A stretch of 61,543 bases of DNA, counting the filler, from Choristocarpus tenellus KU-1152 (taxonomy: Eukaryota > Protista > Phaeophyceae): the NCBI GenBank assembly GCA_964200185.2. It is 10 parts of 10 records of this genome, joined end to end, with 100 filler letters (N's around TTAATTAATTAA, not from the genome) between each part and the next. Parts side by side here need not be neighbours in the genome. Positions count along the whole stretch, not along the records: positions 32,839 to 41,199 come from CAXNAD020004809.1; positions 41,300 to 49,165 come from CAXNAD020005470.1; positions 49,266 to 52,172 come from CAXNAD020023748.1; 7 more parts are not named here. The stretch is one strand, 5' to 3'. Under the pieces are notes generated by a model. It worked only from the letters and a program-made list of their open reading frames with translations, was not told the DNA's origin and did not search any database. The translations under genes and the position numbers were made by a program. Positions 37,861 to 51,139 of this stretch are shown here, piece by piece (positions within the stretch are counted from its first letter, which is position 1; the number at the start of each line of letters is the position of its first letter).

Positions 37861-39080
37861 CCGAGTCAAGGAAGTATAGTCAAAAGTGCACAATTGTGTG
37901 ATAAGGTACTGTGATATTGTTTGAAGACACTCTCCAGAGTTGGTTAATCATTCATTGCCTGGTCCCCTTTAATGGCAATGGAGTACCATCTCAAGTGTTG
38001 CATGAAGAGATGGTACAGATATGCATGTTGGTGACAGACTTTGGACAGGTGGATAAATTCCTACCAGGTACGCATCGTGTCTTAAAGGGGGTTGATGTTG
38101 GAACTGGGAGATATGTAAGTCTCATCATTTTCTATTACTTAGATAGTCCCCAACAAACGAAATACTTTACCATCTAGCATCCAAGATCAAAATATACCCA
38201 ACGAGGTGAGGAGGAACGATTCAGTGTTGAAATCACAAGTTAACCCAAACTACTCACACTAGTGTTGTATTAGTGAACTTTCATATATGCCTCCTTCACT
38301 ATACTGCTGTAGTCGATGGAATGTACCAATGTACCAACTGTAGTCGATGGAATGTACCAACAACTCCCTCTGGGTGCGATGCTGCACCATTAGGTTACCA
38401 AAGTAATTGAGAGTTACCCAGGTTTGGCCGTTCCGCCATTTCAGCCACACTGTTCATCTTTTGCTATTCACTCTTATTTCTATGGATTAAGCTTGCTAAG
38501 GTTTGGCTTGAGAGCGTTGATTTCTCTAATGTTTGAAAATATTCACAGAATTCAGAAAATTTTCCGAACGCATTTGTACAAAAATCCGAATTTTGCACAC
38601 TTCTCTGCATCCTTAAAATGCAACCATGGATACTCCTCTTTTACTTTTATTCAATGTACAGAACCACTTGGTATTCAATGTCCTCCGAGTTGGGTGGCAT
38701 GTGCTCTCACGTTAGTTCTAACTGAAGGAAATATACACGGTCCCAATTTTTCGATCATCATGCTTCAGCGGTTGAAGATTGTATATCTTAGAGCTCATTC
38801 ACTGCGTTTGCACACATTCATACCAAACTCCGGTTAGCTGAGAGGCTGGCCTCTGGGCCTTTTTTTCTACTCCACTGTGGGAGAATATCATCTAGACTCA
38901 ACAGTCAATACCAACAACAGAGAGGGAAATAATGGCGATGACCTAACCAGCGACCAGTAGGTCATTTTCCTGATGGTTGGGGGGGCACCACCAACCGCGC
39001 ATAAAAATAGGAAATCCCCTAATTTCCTCCAACAAATTAGAGGTATGCTATTATCTTCCATCAACGTACCCCTCTCATTT

Positions 39081-39337
39081 GAGTCAAAGTATCTCAGAGG
39101 GTAGAGCCACGTCCGTTTGGGACCAAAATCCAATATTGCGGTTTTGATGTAATTTTGGCTTTTGTGTTTGTTAGGAAGTGTCAATATCCTTGTTCTGAAT
39201 ACACCTTTTCATAACGTATACATCTTACCTACTCTGAGACATTGCGGATTAGGAAAATGTAATAAAAAACATGTGGGAAGCCAAGCTCCAAATGGACACA
39301 CAGGACAAAACTTGTACCCTCTAAGATTCTTTCACTC
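39081..39337. mobile_element. Sola-like MITE family A (257 bp)
   Basis: GAGTCAAAGTATCTCAGAGGGTA...TACCCTCTAAGATTCTTTCACTC; TSD ATTT on both sides. Confidence 0.88.
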
Positions 39338-41132
39338 ATTTCCTTCCAGGTCGACACTTGCAAAAGGGATATTCTTTGGTGACAGAAGCATGGATGAGTG
39401 GGGACTCTGCACCAGACTTGTTTTCCCAATTGCTTGGCATTGTTCGTAGCATAACATGCTCTTCTCCACAGGCTGGTCTTGTTGGAATTGGGTAAATTGG
39501 AATACTGTAGATATTACTGGTATTTAGTACAGTCATAGTGAGTCCAAAGACTCCCGATTAGCTTTCTCTATAGTAGGGAATATACAGTACTCGCTGTATA
39601 TTTGATCGTGGCAAGCACGGATCTAGATACACATATTGTTCTATTTGGTGCTTTGCGTGCCTTGTTCTATGTCCTGTGTGCACATTTAGAGTACAACCAA
39701 GTATTTGGACCAGGTTAAATTTATACTCACTTCAACCTCTAGATTCACAACACCAAATATGTGTATGTGTGAAACAGATGGAAACAGGAATGTGTCGTCC
39801 CCTTGATCGAACTATTTGCCGTCAGAGTGGTGGGGTATACGTATACAGGGTAAGTGTGGTCCTCAAAGTACGGGTAATGTACTAAGAGTGTCCCCCAAAG
39901 TACTGTTTAAGTACTAGCCCACTTCAGAAGAGCTGTCGTCGCCACTGTGAAACAGATGGAAACAGGAAGGCAGGTTCTTCAGACTGAAGGGGAGCTGGAA
40001 GACTCACAGGAGGAATGGAGAGAGACAAGGCAGGAGAGTGAGTAATTCCCTCAGCAGATCAGTCAGGGAGGAGTGAATAGGCAAATTTGAACGAGGGGGG
40101 TTTGCAAGGTCCACACAAACTACCCGATATTTACTTCGACAAGCAAATGCAGATGCCATATGAGGCAACACACCCTGAAGTATATCTTCTGAAGTAAGGT
40201 CACATTAAAGGTATACCTTAGTTGGAAGATGACTATCACAGATGAAAAATAATAATAATAATGTTTTCTACTTTGCTGTACGTTTCTTGGAAAATCTACT
40301 ACAATACGCATGTCCAAATCGAAAAACATTTCATCGTTGTTTTCAACTCCATGAAACGTATTTTGAAATAGAATCTGGACTCCATCATTCTACAATAAAT
40401 TAGAAAAAGTCCCAGATGGGTGATCCAATGCAGTAGCCTCCCCACCTGCAGTCCATGCTTCAGCTAATCGAGTAAACAGTGAACTGTAAACATCATGTCC
40501 CCCACGTCAATATTCGGAGAAGTAAAACAGACAAGCCTTCCGTCCAGTTTACCCACCTCATCCATAGTGTGATTTGGTGGTATTACTAGTATATAGTAAG
40601 CGATCTAATAATAGTATTCAACTGTAGCTGTATCTCAAGATGTTCCTTCCTATACAACACACAGTACTTGCATGTTCATGGACATTGCTTTGGATACTAA
40701 GCTTAGAGACGAGAAACACCTTACGTAGATCCGCACAGAATATCCACTTCTGTTGAAATCAACAGTACTTGGGCTCTTCTAATATTGCAGTGATAACGTT
40801 TCAATATACATATTTGGAGTGGGTAATCTTTTCAACAATTGACAGGATGACACACTTTGTTTTGCATGTCAGGTAATATGTCACCAGAACTCTGCTGTAG
40901 ATGAACTGTTCGATACACTAAAGATACACCGAACCCAATCGCTATCTCTGCCTAAATGAGAGAAAAAAAAACATTGTTATTATCGGAACTGTATTTGGCA
41001 GTAGATAGTAATGTGTAAAATAAAAAATTCAAAGCGAGGGAAAATAGAATAATGAATCTTTAAAAACCCATTCTGTACAAGTCTGTGGATACCTTGGGTT
41101 GACAGCCCAAAACGTATCTATTGGTAAGATGT

Positions 41133-41199
41133 AACAGCCGATTTCAAAAATTGAGGATGGAGCTTTTCATTGAGGACGGGCTTGACCCAAAATTGACTG
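41133..41199. repeat. Dispersed repeat family C at a contig end
   Basis: Near-identical to 17130-17181. Confidence 0.75.
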
Positions 41200-41900
41200 N
41201 NNNNNNNNNNNNNNNNNNNNNNNNNNNNNNNNNNNNNNNNNNNTTAATTAATTAANNNNNNNNNNNNNNNNNNNNNNNNNNNNNNNNNNNNNNNNNNNNA
41301 CACACTGTACTACTACTACCACCTTGGGCACAGATTCCCATTCAAAAAGGGGCCCTTAAAAAGTGCCGCAACATTTTCGGTCAAACCCATCCTCAATGGT
41401 ACGCGCCCCATCCTCAATTTTTAAAGTCCACTGTTCGATGGAGACAATACTCTACACCAGGGAGATGGGCAAGGAGGGGCTTGTTAGATTCGTAGGATGT
41501 CTCCCTAGCCCCTCACCCTGGAGTACAGGGCTAACCAAGGTTAGAGACACAGGAAGGAAAGTTGTAGCATAACTCGTAGTGAAATAGCGAATACATGAAC
41601 GTTTTCCGCATTATTTATGACAACTGTTATTCTTTTTTTTGGGTTTATTCTGACATGATACTAGTTTTTGTTGATTTTTCTGTCACACTTTTGTAAGGTG
41701 TCATAGGGCATGATAATAAAATATTGCCATTGTCTCTGTGACCTATGACTCTGGGCGCCCAGAGCCCATATCCTCTTTTAACAAACACTCCTATTTTACT
41801 AACGCAATTATTTGTTGTCCCGCTGATTGTCTCTACCGATCTGAAGAGTTGAACCCCCTTGACCTGGGTACTTGAGGGCAAAAAGGATCAGAGTGGTGCT

Positions 41901-44900
41901 ATGGACATCAGTGAAGACCGTGAAGGTGGAGATGCTGTTGTACCAACAGAGTCACAGTCGCCACCTTCGAGCAGCTTAGGGAATAGTACCTATCAATCAA
42001 TCACAATGTCTCCAGTTGCTAATCATAGGCGATACAGACCAAAGGTGGCGCCAACAGCGACTCTGGACCCTTCAGATCCACAGGTATAAGATTTTACCCC
42101 ATCCCTTGAACCTCTCAACACATTTCTGACACCAATATGCAGGTACTCGTCATAATAATTATCAACCTGGAAGCTTTCATGGAATCCCCTTTCCTTGTCT
42201 ACATCTGTGTGCCGTTTCCAGTTCATGCTTACTCCTACCCATACTTACCACATCACTATCCAACCTATTTTCATATTTGATCTTTCTCTGGCCTTTCGAA
42301 ATCCGTCGGTCTACCCTTCACATCTCCAATTTCCTCTTTCCTTCTCTAGCAGATACACATGTTCACATGCCTACTTCCTGTTATTTAATCTGTACTCAAT
42401 TCTGCTCGTATCATTTGTGGAATACTTGCTAGACTTGTCTTTCAACCTTCCGATCCTAGCCCATCCTCGGTAACCTCCTAACCAATCAGTCCACCCTCGA
42501 CCATCGTATACGTTTATAGAACATTCCAGGCTTTCCTCGACCGTGTCCATAGTCCACTTTCATCCTACCTCGCTGCTCCTGGATGACATCGCTTTGTTCT
42601 CCACTCGCCTCCCCCTCTTCTCACTTCTATGATCGTCTTGTGCAGAATAGTGACTACAATGTATCTGGCTGATTTCCTCCATTATGTCCGTGTCCTCGAT
42701 TGTGTCCTCATGATACTATCACCTCCCATTCCATACATGTTGACCACAATGCTACAATTATACCCTCACCCTACTAAGATTGAGCCCCAACTTGATTACC
42801 ACTCGCATCATCTCACTGACTTCCTTCTTCTAAAAACTACAGTCATAGTTCAAATCTGCTGTCAGTATGGCTTGGCACTAGTCATCCCTCCCATCAATGT
42901 CCTTTCCACCATGTAGTGTCGAAATGCGGCTACAGATGACCTCTTTGCCAGCGCAAAACTCAATGAAGCAGGCAATGACCTTCCATGCAACCACAAATAT
43001 AACTCCTATTCCTCTTGCCCCCACGCCCCACTGACCACCCTGCTCGCCAGCTCCACCCTGAATGAACCCTACTCTGTACCCTACTGCACCTGTGCCTCAT
43101 GATGGTGTGAAGTAGTATATATATTGTACACATACATACATGTGCATGATGTGGTCCCTTTCAGTGAGTCCCGCCTATTCTTAGTAGTCTACTTTGTGCG
43201 TTTTGTTGATAATGTCGCTAACGCCCTTCCCTCTCCTCCCCTCTCCATCTTTAGCAACCCTGATGACCACAGTGTTGAGTGCAATTTACCCTGCCCTAAC
43301 CCGACAAAAATCAGATCAAGCAGGACCTGCTGAGCTTGATAGTGCAGTACCTACGCGATCAGAAGCTGTTCATGTCTGCTGTTGTCATTCAAGACGAGGC
43401 TAACTTAAAGACAGCTGAGCAACAGGTGTGCTTTGATTTATATCGTTCAATGGCAGGAGAGAATGTGCAGATAATTGACATGTTTGAAATAAATAATGTA
43501 TATGTTTAGCATACCACTTTGCTCTCAACTGCACAAATAGTTGTCAGCATGGGTTGCTGGATGGCGGCTTAATGGGGTGAAGTGCCTTCCCATGTCGATC
43601 TCTTCGAAGATGATGATTTGAAGTATAGTGTTGATATTCTTGCAGGTGCATGGTTGTTTTTGTCACATGATTGGAGCATTTTGCTGTGCTGGCTTATTTT
43701 CATTGACTTTCTGAGGGGTCACAGTTGGCATGCTGCATGTGGCACACTGCCTCCGTGGAGTGAAGACCCCGTTAAGTTATTATTTCCACTCTTTATGCTT
43801 GTCAATGATCAAGGAACACTGTTATCTCTTTCCATGATGTTTTTTCTAGCTCCTGCACTTCAGAGTATCGTATTTTATTAGATGAGGTGCCATAGATCTC
43901 AAACTTGTGCACGCAATGTCATAACGTTTCCTAATTTGATGGACAAGCTGAATATGCGCAAATATCATCTACAGTAGTAATTAATGAATACTCTTCATAT
44001 CATTGTTGTGTGCAATATCTTAGAATACTTTCAAGCACCCCTACAGTATTTCTTCCATCATTCTTGAAAACTCATGTTCTGAATTTTTTTACCTCTAGAA
44101 AGACACTATACAATCACCGACACACAGTTGTGAATGGTAACCTGTTCTTATCGAGAGGGTGTGTATACATATGTGATTTTTTTCGTGTGTGGCATTTGAA
44201 AGATACAGTTCTGAGCCCCATTGCAAGGCTTGGAAGCCGCTTTCTGAAGGTTTGATTCCTTGTGGATCTCTTTCAGTACACTTTTGTGTGAATCTGTCAA
44301 GATAGTGAGACTGAAAACATGAATGTTGCACTGTTGAACTGTTTGCCTTTAGTGAAGCTGCTGCACCTCGATATTCTTGACAAAGTCAGAGACTGGTGGT
44401 TTGATCCCTGACCTGAGGTGGGTTACTCTCTCCACTCCCTAAAGTGGGAGGAGAGAGGCCGTGTGATGGGTGCCCAGTAGGTGGGGAAAGCGAAGATTGA
44501 GATGACCTTGGGGAGACTTTGCAGAGTTTGATGGGATGATGGCCCATGTGTTTTGCTGAGCAGCACCCCAGCCTTTAACTTTGTGAAAATGCTGAAGTTT
44601 TGCAGTTTCTTGAGGGGCTTGCATCTTGGTGTAACACAGGCACCTCAACACCTTGACAGCCTCTCACAATACACATGCACACGTAGGTAGACCCCTCTCT
44701 GGATAGAGTCGCACCATGATGTGTGCGCGGTTGTATCTAGGTCAGTACCACAGTGGGGTAACCCTAACCCTTTTGTCTGGAGTGGTAAATGATGGATGGC
44801 GATTTTATACCTTTGTGTGGGTTCTATGGGTATTCCACGGAGCGCCACAGATCCTGAACGTGAAAGAGGAGCGATAATGTGGTTGGGACACCTCTCACCC

Positions 44901-47900
44901 ATTTATAAAACTCGAGTTTTGCAAATGCCTGTCTTGGTTGCTGCAGGCGAGGCGCGCCCAGGGTAAACGCCTACGTAAGAGTACACTTGAGGGCGACTGG
45001 GCGCTGGCAGCGACGTTGATAACTAAGAACGTTCACCGAAGGCACCACAAGCATTACCTGTATGCCCTGTACAGGCAGGTGAGGAGATACGTGTATGAGA
45101 GTGGTGAGATCACATGTTGCGTTTTGTTGTTGTTGATGCTGCAGTGCTGTTTGGGGTTTTGTTGTCGCTTGCGTGTGCGTTAATGTCTTGTTTGCGTTTG
45201 AAACAGTGTGAGGATTGTCTCTTGTGACTTTGTGTATTCTCATGTCGTGATGTATGGTATGGTGCGGTTTTGAAGTTGTGCACCAAGTGATGGTCTCTTG
45301 TTGATGTGTTTTCTGGAATAGCCGAGACCACCCCTGACCCTCTGATCTCAACCATCCTCTCACCGTTTGCACTCCTCCTTTAATAGCGTTAGTAGTAAAT
45401 CAGTATAATTACATACATTCCGACTTTTAAGGTGTATTGTATTTCTGGTAGTCCATCCACCATACTTCACTGTGTGGCACATACCCTGCACTAAATGGTA
45501 GTATGTTTGTATGCTGCATACTTTGAGTGATTTGTTCCTCAATACCCTTTCTTGTCTCTACATCCCACGTATATGTAGTTGAAGAGACTCCTCTACTCTT
45601 GCGTGAAGGTTAGAATATGCTGAGCTGACCAGAGTGTTAAGATTTTTTTTTAAGGCTGAGAAGTATAATGGTACAGGTGGGCTCTTAACTAGGCGGGGTG
45701 GGACTAGATGTAACTGCCAAATGAGTTGGGGGTTCTACTACGCCATGGACATTGTAATAGGGGGCAGGGGGATGGGCAAGGGGTGTTGTACAGCACTCTC
45801 TTTATTGGTGCAGTATATATGTATTTATGTACTTCAACAACCTCCAATGAGTTGTATTATTGCACCTATTTAGTGTATGAATGAACTGCAGCTGTAACGT
45901 TAATATATCATTTTCAGGACGATTTTGTTCCTTAGGTAATTTCCACGCAATGTAATTTTTGTCTAACCACCACTACATAACCTTCTCACTTGTTTTTAGC
46001 AAAGTGATTAGGGTTAGGGTTAGGGTTAGGGTTAGGGTTTAAATTGATTAGTTTCATCCTGTCCATGGTTGGTGGATCAGAGGCAATTAAGATCATAGTT
46101 TGAAGGGGGGTGCATTCTCTGGAGGAGTTAATGAATAAATCCATTTTGTGTGTGTGGTAGGAAAGTTGCACATATTGTGTGACTTGTTTTTCGATGGGTT
46201 CAAGAATTTTTTTATTTTATTTTTTGCTATCGTACAAGCACATACGTGCTTGCATAAGTCTGCACAGGGATAGGGAGGGGATAGAGCTGAGAACCACCTG
46301 CTCAGGTGTCTATGCCACCGAACTTAAGAGATGACAGAGTCGAGGTGATGGTCTTAAGGGTGATGGAGGAGAAGGTCCTTCCTTCACCTCCCTTCCAATT
46401 TCTCCAGATGAATGTGAAAGTGAAAGAGTGAACTTACTTTCAGTACAATCAACCCAATAGAGCCAGCGCTACTATTCAACACCGTGTTGACACTGGAGAG
46501 GCTAAGGAGTCTGTAGAGATGTGGTTCTGACAGAGGAGGCGTGTTCTGTGTTGTGCTTGACAGGAGGAGGTGGGTAGTGATGTCAAGTCCGTTATTTGTT
46601 GCGACTGTAAGTCAGTCAAGTACAGTTCCTGACACTTCCCAGCTCCTCCCCCCTCACACACCCTAACCCTAACCCTAACCCTTCCATATTTTCCCTAGTC
46701 GTGAAGCAGTCATCTGTCTAAAACTCTTATCCCCAAACTTACCGCCTCTATATATTTGATCGCAACTAAAGCCCTAACCCTATCCAGCTTCTTACAGCCT
46801 TAATCCTAGTCACAAATCCATGTCTGTCCCTACCCTGTCCCTCTCTCTCTCTCCACAACAACATTCAGGAATACTTGGAGTTGATCGAGCAGCAGGAGTA
46901 CCAAAAGGCGTTTTCATATCTCAATCGACGCCTCAAGCCCATGGAAGCCACAGCTGCCTCCACCCCCAACGAGTTCCTCAACCTTTGCTACTTGCTCACT
47001 TGCAAATCTGTGGCCAATGCACCCCACTTTAATTCATGGGGAGGGGTGTTAGGGGGCCGTGAGATGCTGGCAGATGAACTCGCAAGGTGTGAAGTACGGC
47101 AGTTGGGGGGTTGAGGTGGGGGTGGGGAGTGCTGCCCCTTTCTGTACTCTAGTGTGACTCAGCAGATAGTGAATGGCCTTAGTTTTCATCCACCTCCTTC
47201 TAACCTCTTGACCCTACAGCTCGAGTCACTGATTGAACAAAAGTTGCTCTCCTGATAGTTAGAAAATCTTTTGCAAATAAAAAAAAATCTGGACTTGGGT
47301 AACAAACTTGTGATGAAGGCTGAAAGAGGTCGAAACCTGTTTGAAATGCCATTTTGACAAGAAGCTGAGGCCAGGGTTAGGGTTAGGGTTAGGGTTAATC
47401 TGTTCGCCGTTCCCCCACTATTCTCGTGCTCTCGCTTAACACTCATCTCAATCTTTGTGTTTCCCCTCCTTTAGAGCATTACCTGGACCCCCCCTCTTTC
47501 ACTCTATCTCAATCTTCCCATCAGTGAGTCAGCCAAAAAAACGATAAAGGTACGAGTTCAATCAAACAACCTCTGATTTTTGTAGAGTGTGGAGATACCA
47601 ATTTTCATTCTGCGCAGACTTTTGCACATTCCTCAACTGTACCACTGGGGCATATTGTTGAGCGACTTTCGGCTGTGGCACATGGATTGTGCCTGCCCTG
47701 GGTTGTGTAGTGGTATCTAGATGTTTGACAAAAGATTGCATCTCAGAAAAATGCTAGGACTTGATTTATTTTTTTTGCCTGTATTTGGCCGTTAGGGTTA
47801 GGGGGAGTTGGTGTTTAAGAAAAGCGAAATCAAATCGTTTTATCTCTTTTCTTCTTATTCGATTTTGTATCCTGTCCCTTCTCTGATTGGACTTACATGT

Positions 47901-49165
47901 TTATTTTAATGACCTCAAAATGCGTTTCACGTCCACCCTCCCACTCCCCTTCCCCTTCCCCATCCCCATCCCCAGCAATCGCTGGATTGGACCCAAGAGT
48001 CTAGAATTTGGACTTAGATACTGTCGCCAGTTGATCTGTGCTGTAATGTAAAAAATCTGGTGTTATTGTTGGGACGTACCATCTCCCACAAATTCTTGGG
48101 GGTTGCAATTTTGCTTCATGTTGCGACTCTTTTTCTGCACTTCACGCCATGGTAATTTAGACTCACATTAGAGTATGGTATACGTTGAACCCTGTCCCAA
48201 TATCCATAACCCTAACCTTAATTCCGTTCTCTTTACTTTAGGCTGGTGGAAGTGGAGTCTGGCGTGGCTGTTTCTCAAGCGGCAATGCCCCCAAACCGAC
48301 TGGTGACTCTGCTGCAGCAGGCTGTAGCGTACCAGGTTGAGTTCAATCGATATCATCCCAAGGTTAGTTTCCGTTATATCCTTCCCCTCTTCCTCCCCAA
48401 CTCCCTTGGTAGAGAGTTTGCTGGACAGTATTATGCAGCAAGAGAGAGAGTGAAAAAAACTCTGAACGTGTTGAAAGGAAATACTAGTTGAGCTCTTCGC
48501 CATTATTGTTAAAAAAATTCAGACAGGAACGGTATTTTCCATCACTAGACACAACTACTTTATCGCGTGGATACAGTAGTATGATAATGATACCCCCCCC
48601 CCCCAAAAAACCATATTCTTCACTCCTTCAATGTATGTTATCCACTGAGGCTTTTTTTTGCACACCTCTCACCCCCAATAATCTCACTTCCATATTGTGC
48701 CTCCTTGTCACGTTGAAAACCCTTTGCTTTGTTGCATTGATGCTTTCTGCTGCCACTGCTAATGCTACTGCTGCTACTGCTGCTGGTGCTGCTGCCATGG
48801 GTGCTGTCAAAAAAGGTAACACCTCTGGTGGGCTCGCTTTTTCGGGACTTTCGCTGCACTGCTGTCCCAAACACCTGTCGTGACTCCTATGCCGGGCACT
48901 CTCTTGGAGCCAGGTGTGTGTGCTTTGTTGGATCTGAGGGTTTGCTGCTTGCCTCGGGCGGGGGAGAGGGAGGTGTTCATGTTTGGTCTGCAAACCCAGG
49001 CAACGGCACAATGAGCGAGTCAGGGGGGTCTTGTGGGGAGGGGGTTGAACAAGAAGCGGAGGCCAGGGAAGAAGAGGAGGAGGAGCAGGGCATGGAGAGG
49101 GAAAGGGACAGGTTGGAGGGTCAGGGTGCTAGTGGTGGGTCAGATACCATCATCAGCCCTTTGGG
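41901..49165 (+). CDS. CTLH-domain WD40-repeat protein (WDR26/GID7-like architecture), 3'-partial
   Basis: Exons 41901-42083, 44947-45078, 46869-47086, 48242-48362 and 48816-contig end join in phase. Motifs LEGDWALA...YLYALYRQEYLELIEQQEYQKAFSYLNRRLKP (CTLH), MPPNRLVTLLQQAVAYQ, and a first WD repeat GHSLGARCVCFVGSEGLLLASGGGEGGVHVW. Confidence 0.8.
42100..43080 (-). mobile_element. Possible highly decayed LINE remnant in intron 1 of the CTLH gene
   Basis: Purine-rich minus strand with fragments such as QMIRAELS and YDEYLHIGV, reminiscent of the post-RT region of LINEs; many stops. Confidence 0.3.
46008..46037 (+). repeat. Interstitial telomere-like repeat (TTAGGG)5
   Basis: Direct reading. 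Further tracts at 46661-46682 (CCCTAA strand) and 47373-47397. Confidence 0.9.
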
Positions 49166-49450
49166 NNNNNNNNNNNNNNNNNNNNNNNNNNNNNNNNNNN
49201 NNNNNNNNNTTAATTAATTAANNNNNNNNNNNNNNNNNNNNNNNNNNNNNNNNNNNNNNNNNNNNGGGGGGGGGGAGGGAATCATACCCATCAGACCCAG
49301 TGAGTGTCCCCAACACCCGCGCCCAATACCCAATGAAACACTGTAGCCCTCAAGCAGCTTCACGGTGGAGTAAGTTTTATACCCCTACTTCAATAGGTCT
49401 GTATCTGCATCCAAATTGCAACGGTAAACAGTAAATACATTCGAATCGAT

Positions 49451-50969
49451 TCACCTTTTGAGAGCAGATCCTACACTTCGGAAGGCGTTCTTGGTTTTCT
49501 CGCGAATGTTAAATTCGTCATCCACTCTTTGCGCTGCCTCCTTAGCTTTCTGAGCTGCACGGCTCGCCTTCTGCCTCACATTGTACTCCCTGTCAACCCG
49601 TTGTGCTGCTGTTACTGCTTTGCGGGCAGCCTGTCCCGCTCTCTCTGAAACGCTGTATTCCCTTTCGAGTTGGCTGAGGTAGGGGGGAGAGGGGGGGTGA
49701 CGTGAGTGAGAAGTTCGAGACGTCGGTTTGGGTACTTTGGTGTATATGCAATCTTCAACTATCTCTAAGGAGGACAGAGGGATGAAGGAGGGGGTGGGGG
49801 GTGGGGGGTGGGTAGGGGTGAATAATCCAAAGGCGAAAAATTGTGGTCACATCTGAAAAAGATTAAACTGATAGCATACCTATCATTATAGAAAGTGGCA
49901 TGAATGCATTGTATATCGTGACTGCTTTATTAAGCACAAGATGAGGGGGCTCGATGATCTAACAAGGAATAATAGTAGTTGTGGTCAACTGTAACAAACT
50001 CAGAAATATCACGACACAACAGAGTTGATTAATGCACATGGGACCACCTTAAACACATGGCGCGATTTAGTACCCTCATAGCAGCGGCCTGCACTCAATC
50101 GCGAGAATGTTCCATTCCCTCTCAGTCCTTGTTCACTCTTTTACTTCTCACCGAGCCTTTTCCAAGGCCGCGTCGGCCACAGCCCCAGCGCTCTTCGCCA
50201 CCTCTCCCACTGTGTCATCTCGTCCCGCAGCCGCTGAGCCAGCCAAGCTCCCCATGAGTGCACCAAAGGGACCTCCCAAGAGTGCACCGACCACAGCACC
50301 AGCTACCGCTGGGCCCGGCGTGCCTCTCTTATCGTTGTGTACAATGCGGGGTTTAGTGGGGTCCGCACTGGGCAAGTTCACACCTTCCATATCCCCTGTG
50401 ACAACCTCAGCGAAGAGGGCAGGTCCATCGCTGACGTCGGCTGGGACATCGAGAAACTCACGGAGGATGGGGTCGGCAACCACACGAGGTGTTTTGAGGA
50501 GACGTCTCAAGTAGTACTCTAGGGCACTGGCCCTCTGCGAGGGAAGTGGCGGCAATAATCCACTGCCGAACTCATTCACGAGGATACCATTAAGGGTATC
50601 GAACTCATAATCGGTCCGATGGACAGTCCATGCGCGACGGAGTCCGGTTGTGGGAGAGATAAGGCTTGCTTCGACACGATAACCGCCAAATGAAGACCCA
50701 GCACTAACGCAAACAGTGATATCATCCGCAAATAATGACATGCAAGGACACAACGATTGCCTGTTAGTCTTCTTTGCACCAAGCTGTGGGATCAACCGAA
50801 CCGGAAATCTTTCAATCCCCGTCGGCTCGCGTCGCACACCAAATACTCGACATCGCTGTATCACGCGACTATAGTCGTGATGACCTGGCAGAAAAGCATC
50901 ACTTGAATAAAGATTCAAGGCAAGTGCGACTACCCAGGCGGTTGCGGCGGCCCCTCGATGATGGATCAT
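49451..50969 (-). CDS. Plastid-targeted PX-domain protein with a glycine zipper and amphipathic repeat tail, ~346 aa
   Basis: Exons 50969-50152 and 49673-49451 join in phase. Signal peptide ending SSDA-FLP. PX-like core YRVEASL...WTVHRTDYEFDTLNGILVNEFGSGLLPPLPS...LEYYLRRLLKTPRVVADPILREFLD, then GAVVGALLGGPFGALMGSLAG and repeats of RVDREYNVRQKA. The end AGGTGA could be a stop or a splice donor. Confidence 0.78.
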
Positions 50970-51139
50970 CTCAAAGGGTAGAAAAGCTGACAAAGGAGAA
51001 GTGAAACATCAACACAATAATATACTATTTTAATATTTGTTAGTTACTTCCAATAATTTGGAAGGCGGTGATTTTACGATTTTCCTAAGTAGTGCAACCC
51101 TGAACAGAAAAAAGATACCTTGAAACAAACTCTGTGAAG

